Shown here piece by piece: positions 62,001 to 64,000 of a stretch of 64,000 nt of DNA. The DNA lies in assembly GCA_012295275.1 (NCBI GenBank), contig CM022673.1, forward strand, positions 22,010,001 to 22,074,000, in the 5' to 3' direction. Numbering within the stretch: position 1 is the first letter of the stretch; each line of letters starts with the position of its first letter. The notes below the pieces were generated by a model. It was not told where the DNA came from and made no database searches. It saw only the letters and a program-made list of their open reading frames with translations. Made by a program: the position numbers and the translations under genes. Source of the stretch: Chrysomallon squamiferum. Taxonomy: Eukaryota; Animalia; Mollusca.

Positions 62001-62457
62001 TATCATATAGCAGTTTATAATGTTCACAATTTAACTTGGTAAAAAAGAAACTAACCAACATATACACACACCCACACACCCATACAACCATACACCCCAC
62101 ACACCCCCTATTAAAAAACCTGAACAAAAAAACAACAACAAAAAAGTCCAAACAAAATTAAAGAATTAAATAATAAGACAGTCTGAAAAATTGAATCAAA
62201 AGAGAAGTTAATATTTAAATCTGAAAAAAATAAAAATAAAATAAAAAACCCTGCTTATTTAGAACTTGAGTAGTATAAGAGTACATCACCAGTTTGAAGT
62301 GTGTTTTTTTATTTTGTTGCAGGTGTTGCGAGAGGCAAGTCTGAACAACGAGTATTATCACAGAATGCAGTCTGAGTCACAGGCTCCAGTGAGAGAAAAC
62401 CAACCTGAGGTTGTCACCCACACCCTCACTCACAACAGTAACATATCACAAGTGTAA
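59054..62457 (+). CDS. TMEM98: Transmembrane protein 98, 245 aa, 5 coding exons
   Basis: Exons: 59054-59193, 59333-59464, 59704-59913, 60258-60378, 62323-62457. N-terminal TM segment MMEVVVIVAIGVLAAIFLAS, then ELDDV..TNP, GLVPHCISILKTCHQLTEKLVGMTM and AKRISPRVDEVVKSMYPPLDPRLLEAR, matching TMEM98 as I recall it. Confidence 0.94.
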
Positions 62458-64000
62458 TGAAAACACCTGTTTGGCAGCTATCAGATTGTTTAACAAAAAA
62501 ACATTTTAGTTCTTAGAACATCTTCATATAATGAAAAACATTTTTAGAAATTCATTATCCATGTTTTGATATGAACTTTGAAATTTTTATATGATCATAC
62601 ATAATTCAAAATTTATTCTCAGCTTTATTGTCTTATTTTTTCTACTTGTGTGAGAAATCATAAATATTTATAGAAAATTAGCTAGAATCCAAAAGAAAAT
62701 ATATTTTGGAGAAAACAAAATTAAAAAATTAAAATAATATCTTTTCTTTTTGGAAGTTATTTTTGAATAATACATTTATTTTAAGTGAGAGTTTTGAAGG
62801 AATTGTTTCTCTTTGCAGTTTTCCTTTCTTACATTAGTACTAACTGTAAAGAGAAACTTTACATGTTAATTAATGATTTAAAAATGAAGAGCAGTTAAAT
62901 ATATATATATATATATATTTTTTTTTTAAGATACTTTACAGCTTTGACAGTTAATAAGATTATAACAGTTTGAAAATAATAATAACAATAAATACATTTT
63001 TATATTTGAAAAGACAATAATCAAATAACATACAATAATATGTACATGAATGCATATGTATACATATATAAAGCTATTTATTGGGAATTTCTTCTGGTAT
63101 TTGTTTCCAATGTTAAGGATCACAGCTTTTAACAGAAGTGCCTTTCAAACTTATATGTATATACATGTTTATACAAGTTAATCTGTCAAACATTGCAAAT
63201 TGTTTTTTTAAGGATTTATTGAGAAAAACTGTTTCTATTCATATAATGAATATATTATATATTTTTTGTAATGGTTCACAGGGTAGATATCAGTCACAAA
63301 TATTAAATTACATATTTATTCTATAGATATTTTTGCTGGTATCAGTAGTTTTATTTACTTTGAATTACAGAGATTTGTTTTAAAAATGCAGATATATTTC
63401 ATACTTGTATCGAATTACAACAGTTACAAATGTTTTCTGTTATGCTTTTAAAATTTATTTTGTTTTGTAAGGATTTTTTTAAACTTGTAATATTTTTTGT
63501 ATTTTAAGGAATACTATTTGACTTCATTAAACAAGAAATGTCTTCTATGTTTAAATATGATTAATCAAAATGGCAGATTTTTAAATGTTATTTTGTAAAT
63601 GCTGTAAAATATTTTTATATTCATTTTTAAACCATTATGTCCACACAGTAGAGATTTGCAAACTGCTTCACTAAAAAATTGACAGAGATTAAATTGTTAC
63701 TGTTACTTTATATATACTGTATACATGGTAATAATCTATGCAGTTCAATCAGCCCTTCCTGATATGTTTTTTCTATTTATTTTTGTTAGTTGTACACTAA
63801 ATATATTTGCTCATTATACTGCATTCCTTCATTTAAGTTTATCATTGTATACTACAGGTGCTGGATGACATTTTTTAAAGTTTTTTCTTTAAGGGGTTTT
63901 TCTTTTCTAATTTTTTTATTATTATTTTTTTTTTTTAATATAACATAACAGTTAGTTTACTTTCTCCTAAAATTGTTTTGAAAAGTGAATATAGAGTTCT

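Overview
AT-rich, intron-rich animal genomic DNA, not prokaryotic; probably a mollusc (inference from gene content, repeat style and CpG-depleted gene bodies). Five complete spliced genes were reconstructed by hand from GT-AG boundaries with consistent phases: (1) an uncharacterised secreted protein of about 215 aa made of a signal peptide plus one laminin-G-like domain (minus, 2131-4417); (2) a formin-like FMNL gene (plus, 6168-34250, 29 exons, about 1023 aa); (3) ALDH9A1 (minus, 40140-47040, 513 aa); (4) LanC-like LANCL (minus, 48910-53945, 399 aa); (5) TMEM98 (plus, 59054-62457, 245 aa). The introns hold a decayed Mutator-like transposon, a Tigger-like MITE, a second TIR element, a probable solo LTR, SINE-like relics and many microsatellites. 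The most notable items are the stand-alone secreted LamG gene head-to-head with FMNL, candidate frame-preserving FMNL microexons, and a tandem-ATG switch ahead of the FMNL myristoylation signal. No multi-gene novel system is demonstrable from sequence alone.
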